Positions 8,449 to 16,539 are shown, counted from the stretch's first letter. The stretch: DNA of 64,000 nt from an uncultured Atribacterota bacterium (GCA_964586485.1 CAZPII010000001.1:2334-66333), one strand, 5' to 3'. Numbers and translations: made by a program. Notes: generated by a model from the letters alone, not told the origin.

Positions 8449-9024
8449 ATGGATAAATTAATAATTGGTATTTCTGGAAAACAACGCTCAGGAAAATCTT
8501 TAATGGCGTCTATATTAGAATTAATATATGGTTATGAGAGAATTGATTTGGCTAAACCACTTAAAGTTAAATTAGCCAAGAAATTGGTTGATGATAATGG
8601 CGGCTGTTTATTGTTGAAAGAAGCACTTGATAAAATAGAAAATCAAAAAGATTTTTATAGGCCATTTCTTATTGATTTTGGAAAAAAATTAAAATTAGAA
8701 CACGGTAATGATTATTTAATAAAATTAGGGTTAAAAAATTCTAAAAATAATAAAATTATATTTGAAAATATAAAAACCAAAGAGGAGTTTGATTATATTA
8801 AAAGCCAGAATGGTATAATGGTAAGAATAGAGCGCTCAAGAGAATTAAGAAATGGTATTTGTTATTCATCAGAAAAAGATATTACAGAAACTGATTTAGA
8901 TGATGTAAAACATGATTACACTATAATAAATAATAGTTCAGAAATATATAATTATGCCTTGAAAATAATTACTTGGTATTTGTATTGCGAAATAGAGGCT
9001 GGTTTAAAAAATGATCAGATATAA
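8449..9024 (+). CDS. P-loop kinase (dNMP-kinase-like)
   Basis: Start taken at MDKLIIGISGKQRSGKS (Walker A GxxxxGKS), just after the stop of the upstream gene. The track start at 8401 overlaps that gene. Confidence 0.5.
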   Translation: MDKLIIGISGKQRSGKSLMASILELIYGYERIDLAKPLKVKLAKKLVDDNGGCLLLKEALDKIENQKDFYRPFLIDFGKKLKLEHGNDYLIKLGLKNSKNNKIIFENIKTKEEFDYIKSQNGIMVRIERSRELRNGICYSSEKDITETDLDDVKHDYTIINNSSEIYNYALKIITWYLYCEIEAGLKNDQI

Positions 9025-9166
9025 ATTTATTAATAATAATAAAATTAAATTTTATTGTCCCTGCTGTGGTAACAGATTCATTAAGGAAAATAAAAAATAT
9101 ATGATTTTACAAGTTTCAATTTGTCCCAATTGTCAATTTGAAAGTTATCCAATTAAAATTAAGTAA
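9011..9166 (+). CDS. small zinc-ribbon protein (51 aa, below the ORF-track cutoff)
   Basis: My translation: MIRYKFINNNKIKFYCPCCGNRFIKENKKYMILQVSICPNCQFESYPIKIK, with CxxC...CxxC. Confidence 0.4.
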   Translation: MIRYKFINNNKIKFYCPCCGNRFIKENKKYMILQVSICPNCQFESYPIKIK

Positions 9167-9239
9167 ATTAACAATTCAATAGAAACAATATAAATAATGT
9201 AATTTTTGTTGTATACTTGTTGTGTGGAGTTTTAAAAGT

Positions 9240-9554
9240 ATGGATGAAGTTAAAAAAATGAATAAAAAATTAAGCTTAAGTTTAAAAGAATGCCTTGAAT
9301 TATATTTAGAAAAAATATTTCAAAATAAAGAAAAGGATTATGTTGTTTTTTCATTTTTAGGTATAAACGATATTGTAGTTGGTAGAAACAAAGATTTTAT
9401 CTGGATGTCAAATAGTGATAAAGATGGATTTATATGGTGGGTTGATGGATTGGAACTTAAAACAGTGGAAATTGAAGAAAAAATCCCCACCGTTTTAGAT
9501 GATTTAAGTTCTATTACTGATGATATTTATTCTTTTTGCTCATCATTATGTTGA
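9240..9554 (+). CDS. hypothetical protein (104 aa)
   Basis: ATG 9240 follows TGGAG. The track start is GTG 9222. Confidence 0.45.
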   Translation: MDEVKKMNKKLSLSLKECLELYLEKIFQNKEKDYVVFSFLGINDIVVGRNKDFIWMSNSDKDGFIWWVDGLELKTVEIEEKIPTVLDDLSSITDDIYSFCSSLC

Positions 9555-9859
9555 GATTTCTTTTGATCTTTATCTTTTTGAGCCTTAATAATAAATTTTA
9601 ATAATTCTTCAGTGTTTTCAAGTGCTGCACATAATGAATGAGCTTCAATTGGCAATTCGGGACCGCCAGCTATGTTTAGAACTAATAATTGTGGCGAACT
9701 ATTATCAGAATTAGTTAATTTTGATTGCACAGTTTCTTTTAATTGCTTAACGTTATTAAGTTGTTGTTGTAAAAGTTCTATTTCAGTTGTTGGTATTTTT
9801 TTTGATCTAACTTTATCCCTGAATCTATCAGGTAACACTAATTGATTTTGATTATTCAT
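9527..9859 (-). CDS. hypothetical protein (110 aa), the only convincing minus-strand gene
   Basis: GAAGGA RBS about 7 nt upstream on the - strand. It is not nested in a + gene except for a 28-nt 3' overlap. Coiled-coil-like, Lys/Gln-rich tail. Confidence 0.55.
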   Translation of the reverse strand: MNNQNQLVLPDRFRDKVRSKKIPTTEIELLQQQLNNVKQLKETVQSKLTNSDNSSPQLLVLNIAGGPELPIEAHSLCAALENTEELLKFIIKAQKDKDQKKSQHNDEQKE

Positions 9860-9915
9860 GTGGCTATCCTTCTATTTATTACATACCTTAAATTATCATA
9901 TCATAATACTGAATT

Positions 9916-9944
9916 ATTTTATATAATTATAATATGCATATCAA
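9916..9944 (-). promoter_or_regulatory. candidate sigma70-type promoter for the minus-strand gene
   Basis: On the - strand: TTGATA (9944-9939), 17-nt spacer, TAAAAT (9921-9916). Confidence 0.35.
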
Positions 9945-9959
9945 CATGAGGGATTTTTT

Positions 9960-10379
9960 ATGGAATTTAACCTATTAAAAGAAAAAGATAGAGAAAAAAT
10001 AAAACAAACAATTGATAAAGAGGGATTTTGTTGTTTTTCCAATAACAAAATACCAGAATTAGAAATTATGAATGGAAAATTTTATGAAGAAACATTTGGT
10101 TTTTCTAAAACTTATACTGAGGTTTTGGAAAATTGGGAATTAGATGAAAAAGAAAAAGAAGATATTTTAAGAAAAAATAGTTTAGAAAAAATAATTCCAG
10201 ATGATTTTTATGTTTGGCGAACCCCGGGACCATTAGAGGAAAAATTAACAGAAATATATGGTCCCGGTTACATTAGGGAAATCGAAATAAATTCTGATAT
10301 TGATTTATTATTAGAAAAAATTGATAAAATTCATTATGAAAATATAGGCATTATTCGTTTATTAAAAGGACAAAAATGA
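9960..10379 (+). CDS. hypothetical protein (139 aa)
   Basis: GAGGG RBS; acidic protein. Confidence 0.55.
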   Translation: MEFNLLKEKDREKIKQTIDKEGFCCFSNNKIPELEIMNGKFYEETFGFSKTYTEVLENWELDEKEKEDILRKNSLEKIIPDDFYVWRTPGPLEEKLTEIYGPGYIREIEINSDIDLLLEKIDKIHYENIGIIRLLKGQK

Positions 10380-10813
10380 GAGAAATACCTTCAAACTTAA
10401 TTTTATTCGGAGACATAATAAAATATAAAAGAAAGAAACTTGGGCTAACCCAAGCTAAAATGGCTAAAAAAATAAAAATAAGCTCTGTCGCCCTAAGTAA
10501 TATAGAGAGAAATATAGAGTTTCCAAGTGAGCAATTGTATAACGAAATACTATATTATTTAAAATTAGAAAGAAAATTTGAAAAAGGTGTTAGATTTAAA
10601 AAAAGATTATTGAGATATTTAAGTAATAATTGTGACATTTATTTTTTATTAAAAACAATAACATATGACGCCAGATGTGAAATACAAGAAAATATTTTAG
10701 AAAAACAATTAAAACTTAGGAAAAAACGTAAGAAAAAAGCTTTAGAATTTAAAGACGAATTAATGAGAAAAAAAAGGAAATGTATGGATAGAATAAAAAT
10801 AAGGGAGATTTAA
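10376..10813 (+). CDS. XRE-family helix-turn-helix protein
   Basis: LGLTQAKMAKKIKISSVALSNIERN is a canonical XRE HTH. ATGA overlap with the upstream gene. Confidence 0.7.
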   Translation: MREIPSNLILFGDIIKYKRKKLGLTQAKMAKKIKISSVALSNIERNIEFPSEQLYNEILYYLKLERKFEKGVRFKKRLLRYLSNNCDIYFLLKTITYDARCEIQENILEKQLKLRKKRKKKALEFKDELMRKKRKCMDRIKIREI

Positions 10814-10814
10814 A

Positions 10815-11276
10815 ATGGTAATTGAAATTAAAGAAAACAAAATGATGATAACAGGATATGAATTTGATTATATGAAAATTAATCCAATTATTAACAAGGT
10901 TGGTATAACATTCAATGGGTCAATTTATGACCATGGGACAAAATCATTTCTACATATTGATTCTAAAAAATTCCCCACCTCTTCAGCTAATGGGGCTATT
11001 GGAATTGTACAAGAAATAAAAGCAGAAAAAGTTTTATTATTTATCCAAGCAACAACAAATATACATAATGCTTGCTGCAGGCTAAATGTAACTAAAAGTT
11101 ATATTTTTTCAAATCAAAAAAGAGCTTTAAGCTTATTAAATGCATATATGAATGAGTATTATATAAATAATCAAAATTTTTACCTATGTTATAAAATAAC
11201 AAAATCTATATATACTTCAAGATCGATTTATTCAACGCTTAAAAACTCTCATAGACCTAGATTTAATTTTATTTAA
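10815..11276 (+). CDS. hypothetical protein (153 aa)
   Basis: AGGGAG RBS. Confidence 0.5.
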   Translation: MVIEIKENKMMITGYEFDYMKINPIINKVGITFNGSIYDHGTKSFLHIDSKKFPTSSANGAIGIVQEIKAEKVLLFIQATTNIHNACCRLNVTKSYIFSNQKRALSLLNAYMNEYYINNQNFYLCYKITKSIYTSRSIYSTLKNSHRPRFNFI

Positions 11277-11286
11277 GGAGAATTTT

Positions 11287-11460
11287 ATGAAAAAATGTAT
11301 AAATTGTGCCTTTTGGATTCAAAAAACACCATTTTTTAATGATATAGCTTTTGGTGTTTGCTGCTCTCAGGATGTTCATGAGAAACATAAAGGCGAAAGA
11401 AAAACAGATTCAGAACAAAGTTGTGAATATTTTATAGAAAAAGTAAAGGAGAAAAAATGA
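11287..11460 (+). CDS. small Cys-rich protein (57 aa, below the ORF-track cutoff)
   Basis: AAGGAG RBS. My translation: MKKCINCAFWIQKTPFFNDIAFGVCCSQDVHEKHKGERKTDSEQSCEYFIEKVKEKK. ATGA overlap with the next gene. Confidence 0.45.
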   Translation: MKKCINCAFWIQKTPFFNDIAFGVCCSQDVHEKHKGERKTDSEQSCEYFIEKVKEKK

Positions 11461-11948
11461 AAAAATCAGTTAAAGAAACTATTTTAGTCGATTCTTATCA
11501 AGAAAAATTAACAAAAATTGGTAAAATAAGTGAAAAAAATGAGAACATATTAGGGATTTATATTTTTAAAATTAAAAAAGGAGAAGATTTAGTATATTTT
11601 GCTATTTATCAAAGCAAAAATGATATTGAAATTATTTGTAAAAATAGAAAAAGAAAAAGAGTGTTAACAAAAATGTTAGAAACATTATTAGTTCTTGGTG
11701 ATATTCAATATGAAGATTATTTAAAACATTTTCCAAGAGAAAAGAGGGAGAATGTTGATAGTTCAAATATTAAGTCGATTGGTTATACTAATAAAATAGA
11801 ACTTTTAGAAATAGAATTTAATAATAATCGAGTTTATGAATATTATGAAGTTCCAGAAAAAATTTATATTGAATTTATAAACTCTGAATCAATTGGTTCT
11901 GCGTTTCATAAACTTATTAGAAATGTATTTTCATACAAACAACAATAA
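11457..11948 (+). CDS. KTSC-domain protein
   Basis: The C-terminus IKSIGYTNKIELLEIEFNNNRVYEYYEVPEKIYIEFINSESIGSAFHKLIRNVFSY matches the KTSC (PF13619) pattern. Confidence 0.7.
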   Translation: MKKSVKETILVDSYQEKLTKIGKISEKNENILGIYIFKIKKGEDLVYFAIYQSKNDIEIICKNRKRKRVLTKMLETLLVLGDIQYEDYLKHFPREKRENVDSSNIKSIGYTNKIELLEIEFNNNRVYEYYEVPEKIYIEFINSESIGSAFHKLIRNVFSYKQQ

Positions 11949-11954
11949 TGATGA

Positions 11955-11995
11955 TTCTTTTTTATGTATATGTTTATATACAAACATAAAAAGAA
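11955..11995. other. stem-loop at the early/late boundary
   Basis: ttcttttttatgt...acataaaaagaa gives 12 bp with a 1-nt bulge. No downstream T-run. It is followed by the tandem AAACGCAGC(A/G) x2 at 11994-12013. Confidence 0.6.
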
Positions 11996-12045
11996 ACGCA
12001 GCAAAACGCAGCGTACGTTGTGTAAAATATAAATAATTATAAAAA

Positions 12046-12055
12046 TTGAATAAAT
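12046..12055 (+). promoter_or_regulatory. TTGAATAAAT motif, copy 1 (upstream of the structural block)
   Basis: The same 10-mer occurs at 14581 and 21240, in each case 45-75 nt upstream of a structural gene. Confidence 0.3.
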
Positions 12056-12074
12056 TACAAAATAACTTTAATTA

Positions 12075-12083
12075 TGGTAATAT
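12075..12083 (+). promoter_or_regulatory. extended -10-like element TGgTAATAT
   Basis: Read directly, about 37 nt upstream of ATG 12120. Confidence 0.3.
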
Positions 12084-12119
12084 GAAACTGTTTTTAAAGT
12101 TATTTTTTTGGAGGAATTT

Positions 12120-12458
12120 ATGTTAAATGTTAAAGAAATTTTTAATTCAGATCATACTCAAATAACAACTGATTTTAAAATTGAATCAAGTGTTACCGTT
12201 CCGCAACCAACTGGAAAAGAATTAGTATATTATATAGATTATACTAAAGGAAGTGAAACAAATGTCATTATTGAGTTTTTAAATAGTTATAATGAATCTG
12301 ATTTCTTTAAAATTAATGAAATTGATTCATTAACTTTAGATGAAACAAACAAAGTAAGTATTAGAGTCAAAGCTCAACCGGTTAATTCTTTAAGGGTCAA
12401 ATCAACTGATGCTATTAATTCTAATACAAATTTAAAAATAAAAACATACCTTGATTAG
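12120..12458 (+). CDS. hypothetical protein (112 aa), first gene of the late block
   Basis: ATG 12120 lies 5 nt after GGAGG (12110-12114). The track start at TTG 12108 overlaps the SD. Confidence 0.5.
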   Translation: MLNVKEIFNSDHTQITTDFKIESSVTVPQPTGKELVYYIDYTKGSETNVIIEFLNSYNESDFFKINEIDSLTLDETNKVSIRVKAQPVNSLRVKSTDAINSNTNLKIKTYLD

Positions 12459-12533
12459 GTATAAAGTTTCAGACAGATTTATAAAAATAAGTAAAATATT
12501 GGTTGGAATTTTTAAAAAATAAAGGAGAAAAGA

Positions 12534-12986
12534 ATGTCTTTAAATTCACTAGGCTATGAAATGATTGGTAGTAATGAATCAAATATAGCTGGTTTGGCCT
12601 CATTGCTATCTAAAGATCAACTCATTGAAGCTGAAATAGATCAAAATGGGGCTTCTATTCCAATTTGTCTATTCCCTCATTATGCCAAGATTGAAAGTGT
12701 AAAGCTTCTTGCCCTTGCTGAAAGCCATGATGCGAGTGTGCATAATTTAAAAGCAAACTGTTCAATTGACGGCAATGATTTAATTGATAGTGACAAATCA
12801 TTAAATACGGCCAATGGCTGGCAGGCAGATGCATTATTTGATTTAGGTGTAAATCAAAATTTAGATGTTAAACCTAATAGTGTCCTGAAACTTGATATTG
12901 AAAATGAAAATGGCACAACCGCAACAATAACAGGGTTACTTGTTTGTGTTAAATTCAGACATCCACTTAGCGAGTTTAAAAAATAA
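12534..12986 (+). CDS. hypothetical structural-module protein (150 aa)
   Basis: AAAGGAG RBS. Sits immediately upstream of the prohead protease. Confidence 0.5.
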   Translation: MSLNSLGYEMIGSNESNIAGLASLLSKDQLIEAEIDQNGASIPICLFPHYAKIESVKLLALAESHDASVHNLKANCSIDGNDLIDSDKSLNTANGWQADALFDLGVNQNLDVKPNSVLKLDIENENGTTATITGLLVCVKFRHPLSEFKK

Positions 12987-12988
12987 TT

Positions 12989-13477
12989 ATGTTAGAAGCA
13001 AAATGCACATCTTTATTTAAGTTTGGTCTTGTATCTGATTCTTTTTTTAGACAAGTTATGAAAAAAGAGTTTTCTCATATGAGAAAATTTGAAGTATCAG
13101 ATCAAGATCTTGAAAAAGGCATTATTTCTGGTATATTTAGCGCCTCCAATGTTATTGATGCTCATGGTGATGTTATTTCTAGTCAAGAATTAGAAAAAGC
13201 AGCTCATGATTTTATGTTGCGCGGTCAAAGAGGTTTGACCCTTGTAAAAGGCGGCAAACCCGGATTCGGACATAAAAAATCAATAGACGCCTATATTGTA
13301 GAGACTTGGATCGAACAAGATCAAGAAGATCCAGTTAGCTCTTTTGGCGAACCAAACCTTTTATGGAAAGGTAAAATAAAAATTAATGATCCAGAAATAA
13401 GATCAGAAATTAAAAAAGGTAATATTATTGGTTTTAGCATTGGAGGCTTCCATTATAGGATTTTAAGAGAACAGTAA
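12989..13477 (+). CDS. XkdF-like prohead protease (Peptidase_S78_2-type)
   Basis: VIDAHGDVISSQELEKAAHDFM and GFSIGG match the XkdF-family pattern. Positioned before the scaffold and capsid genes. Confidence 0.65.
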   Translation: MLEAKCTSLFKFGLVSDSFFRQVMKKEFSHMRKFEVSDQDLEKGIISGIFSASNVIDAHGDVISSQELEKAAHDFMLRGQRGLTLVKGGKPGFGHKKSIDAYIVETWIEQDQEDPVSSFGEPNLLWKGKIKINDPEIRSEIKKGNIIGFSIGGFHYRILREQ

Positions 13478-13490
13478 AGGTAAAAAATTT

Positions 13491-14567
13491 ATGAATATAC
13501 CAGATTTTTTTAAAGCTGCTTTTAATAAAAGCTTAACTAATCCAAATCAAAAAAATATATATGATACTAGAGATCTTGAGGTTAACGAGATTACTTTAGT
13601 ACATAAAGAAGAAGCGGTTCCAGCAAATCCAAAAGCAAAAGTTTTAATGTATAAAACCGCTTCAAATAACATTATTGAATCAACAAAAGTATTTGTTGAT
13701 GGTTTGCAAAAATTAAATTCTTTAAAAGCTGACGAGCAAACAAAAACTGAAATCTTAAAAAAAGGTGTTGATGAATATATTAAGCATCTTTCAAACTCTT
13801 CTAACAGTAATATAGATGATAATACAGAAAGCGAAGGAGATTCAGAAACTATGGACCCTAAAGATTTAGAAAAAATTCAAGAATTATTTAAACAAGGTGT
13901 TACACCTATTACTCAGTCTATTGAGGAATTGAAAAAATCAACCGAACAAAAACTAGACGACCATTCAAAAAGACTTGATTCATTAGAAAAACAGAATCAA
14001 GAGGAAAACAAGCCAGATAAAACTGAAGATCAAATTGCTTCTGCTTCAAGTCAAGAAAGCGTGCAAGAAAATAATACTAAACAAGCTGATGAAAATCAAA
14101 ATGTTGACGAAGCCCAGAAAGCTATTGATGACCTCAAAAAACAACTAGATGAAGAGAAGCAAAAAATTCTCAATGAAGACGAAAAATTTGCCAAAACAAA
14201 AGAAGAATTAGAAAAAATTGAACTTGAAGCTTTAAGTAAGTCTGATAAAATCAACTCTATTCAAGAGTCTATCGAGCGCCTTACAAAAACAAACAATGAT
14301 TACAATTATGAGCTTAATAAATCTATGCAAGAAGGCATCGGCATGTTAACTGAATTATTCAAAGCTATGGCAAAAGATAATAAAGATTTATCAGATAAAG
14401 TAAAAACTCTTGAAAAGAGCTCGATTGGTAAATCACGTAGTTTAGACAATGTGTTTGCGCCTTCAAATAAAACATCTAATTCTGTAGATGAAGATGATTC
14501 TATGTTTTCTGATGTTTTTGATTTTGACGCTATGGAGAAAATAGCTAATATAAAAAGAAAAAATTAA
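13491..14567 (+). CDS. scaffolding protein
   Basis: Acidic, Lys/Glu-rich and coiled-coil-like (DDLKKQLDEEKQKILNEDEKFAKTKEELEKIELE). Lies between the protease and the capsid gene. Confidence 0.6.
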   Translation: MNIPDFFKAAFNKSLTNPNQKNIYDTRDLEVNEITLVHKEEAVPANPKAKVLMYKTASNNIIESTKVFVDGLQKLNSLKADEQTKTEILKKGVDEYIKHLSNSSNSNIDDNTESEGDSETMDPKDLEKIQELFKQGVTPITQSIEELKKSTEQKLDDHSKRLDSLEKQNQEENKPDKTEDQIASASSQESVQENNTKQADENQNVDEAQKAIDDLKKQLDEEKQKILNEDEKFAKTKEELEKIELEALSKSDKINSIQESIERLTKTNNDYNYELNKSMQEGIGMLTELFKAMAKDNKDLSDKVKTLEKSSIGKSRSLDNVFAPSNKTSNSVDEDDSMFSDVFDFDAMEKIANIKRKN

Positions 14568-14580
14568 TCAATCAATTACT

Positions 14581-14591
14581 TTGAATAAATA
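14581..14591 (+). promoter_or_regulatory. TTGAATAAATA motif, copy 2 (45 nt upstream of the capsid gene)
   Basis: Exact 11-mer shared with 21240-21250. Confidence 0.3.
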
Positions 14592-14625
14592 AGACGTTAA
14601 TAAATAGTTAAAAGGAGTTTTATAA

Positions 14626-15924
14626 ATGGAAAATGAAGTATTGCGGAAGGACACGATCAAGGTTTATAATCTTGGTCAGGGTACCTTAGACCCTGCAAGG
14701 ACTAATACTTTTATTACAAAGGTTAGAAATCATTCAAAGTTTTTACAAATGATCAGGGTTGAAACCAAGTCACAAAAAGAAAATAAAATTGATAAAGTAA
14801 TGCTTGGTGAGCCGATCACTGAAAAAGCTGACGAGCATCAGCTCAGTACAAGGTTTGATTCTCCAGTCTTCGGTCAAATTAAGTATTCGACCGAAAAACT
14901 TCGTTCTCAGTATTCAATGACTTGGGAATCTTTAAGAGAAAATCTTGAGAAAAAATCTTTCTCTACAACTTATATGAATATGGTCAGACAGAAACTTGCT
15001 GATGACTATGAATTATTAGGAATTCAAGGCGTAGAGGGAACATCTGGCGACACTCCACAGGCAAAATTATTACGTTGTAATAATGGATTTGATTATTTAA
15101 CTCAAGAAAACAGCAATTTACTTGATGTTGGTGGCTCAACAATGTCAACAAGCATGTTCTCAGAAGCATTAAAAAGAATGCCTGTTAAATATAGAAAAGA
15201 TCCATCTAAATTACGCTGGTTCTGTTCGCCAAATGCGAAAATTGATTACATCAAAATGCTACAAGGTAGAGCAACACCTTTGGGCGATTTATATACAGTT
15301 CAAAATATGCCAGTTTATGCTAATGGGATATTAATTGAAGATATACCTTATATTCCGGACGATAAGCCATTAACAGTATCTACAGCTACCGCTGCATATT
15401 TAAAATCAGAAAGACAAGGCCCGTTTAACATTGAGGAAGGCGTTAATGATAATTTAGTCATTAATGTTAATTCTACAGGCAATGTATCGGTAAAACTTCA
15501 ACCGGGCGGATGGAGTGCGCAAGAAATATGCGCTCAAATTAATAGGCAGCTTGATTATTTCCTTTGTGAAGACAATGGATATGGATTTATTGTCTTTAGA
15601 ACTAGAACAAAAGGATCAACCTCAACTTTTGTTATTGGTTCTGCTAGTGACAATGCCTATTCAACACTTGGGATTTCTGAAGGCCCATATGCTGGGCAAA
15701 ACGCCGCCTCTACAAATGTTAAACGTGAAGGCTCATTTATCTGGCTAGCTGATCCTATGAACTTTATTCAAGTTATTTTAGGACAAATGAGAATTTACAA
15801 TGACTACTATCCTAGAACTGATCATTTTGAGACAGTTATTTATCATGAAAATGATTATGTTATTGAAGAATACGAAGCGATAGTAAAAATCATTAATTTG
15901 AAAATAGACAATGACTATCTCTGA
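14626..15924 (+). CDS. major capsid protein (HK97-fold type) with an inserted ~90-aa domain
   Basis: AAAGGAG RBS. At 432 aa it follows the protease and scaffold and is followed by a strong terminator. The insertion at about 15427-15700 resembles segments of two fibre proteins. Confidence 0.8.
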   Translation: MENEVLRKDTIKVYNLGQGTLDPARTNTFITKVRNHSKFLQMIRVETKSQKENKIDKVMLGEPITEKADEHQLSTRFDSPVFGQIKYSTEKLRSQYSMTWESLRENLEKKSFSTTYMNMVRQKLADDYELLGIQGVEGTSGDTPQAKLLRCNNGFDYLTQENSNLLDVGGSTMSTSMFSEALKRMPVKYRKDPSKLRWFCSPNAKIDYIKMLQGRATPLGDLYTVQNMPVYANGILIEDIPYIPDDKPLTVSTATAAYLKSERQGPFNIEEGVNDNLVINVNSTGNVSVKLQPGGWSAQEICAQINRQLDYFLCEDNGYGFIVFRTRTKGSTSTFVIGSASDNAYSTLGISEGPYAGQNAASTNVKREGSFIWLADPMNFIQVILGQMRIYNDYYPRTDHFETVIYHENDYVIEEYEAIVKIINLKIDNDYL

Positions 15925-15944
15925 TATAGTAACTTTATCCATCA

Positions 15945-15986
15945 AGCCATCCTGAGTATTTTTTATTCAGGATGGCTAATTTTATT
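15945..15986 (+). terminator. rho-independent terminator after the capsid gene
   Basis: 11-bp perfect stem agccatcctga/tcaggatggct with an 11-nt loop, followed by aattttatt. Confidence 0.75.
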
Positions 15987-16050
15987 GACTTTAATTGATT
16001 CCTTTATTACTATATAATAATTGATGGAATTAATTTAAAGGAGATAGTAA

Positions 16051-16539
16051 ATGGGTCAATCATTTAAAAAAGAACTTTGTTTAGCAAATGAAAAATTAAG
16101 TTTTGCAGTCAGATCGCCAATGTCAGGTATAGTTTATGATTTTAATAAAAATCATAAACAAAACATAGTAACAAACAAAGATGATTATATTTACTTAATG
16201 AATGAATATGGAAAAAGATTAAGGGAAGTTGATCCAGATAATCCTCAAGCAATTAATTCAGAAATGAACTTAGATCAGACACTTGCTTTAAGAAATAATC
16301 GATATTCAAAATTTGTTGATCCAGAATTAGCTGATGAAAATGAAGAAAGAATTATATTTGGTGAAAAAGCTAGTGAAATTGAAAAAATTGATTCTGATGA
16401 AAGCGGGTTTATATTAGTTTATATGAAAAATGGCAAAATAAAAAAAGTAGGTGCCGAAGAACAAAATAAAACTGAAACAACTAAAAAAGAAAAACCTCAA
16501 GAAAAAATTGCAATTGCTAGAAGGAGATTAATTGAATAG
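16051..16539 (+). CDS. hypothetical head-associated protein (162 aa)
   Basis: AAAGGAG RBS. Assignment is by position only. Confidence 0.45.
   Translation: MGQSFKKELCLANEKLSFAVRSPMSGIVYDFNKNHKQNIVTNKDDYIYLMNEYGKRLREVDPDNPQAINSEMNLDQTLALRNNRYSKFVDPELADENEERIIFGEKASEIEKIDSDESGFILVYMKNGKIKKVGAEEQNKTETTKKEKPQEKIAIARRRLIE

Noticed and set aside
9527-10813. Calling the element temperate (a lysogeny module)
   Set aside because: An XRE-type HTH and a divergent promoter region are present. No integrase, excisionase or attachment site was seen in the window, so lifestyle is left open.
14984-15748. ORFs 14984..15169 (-) and 15515..15748 (+, alternative frame) inside the capsid gene
   Set aside because: They are nested in a strongly supported CDS and have no start context.
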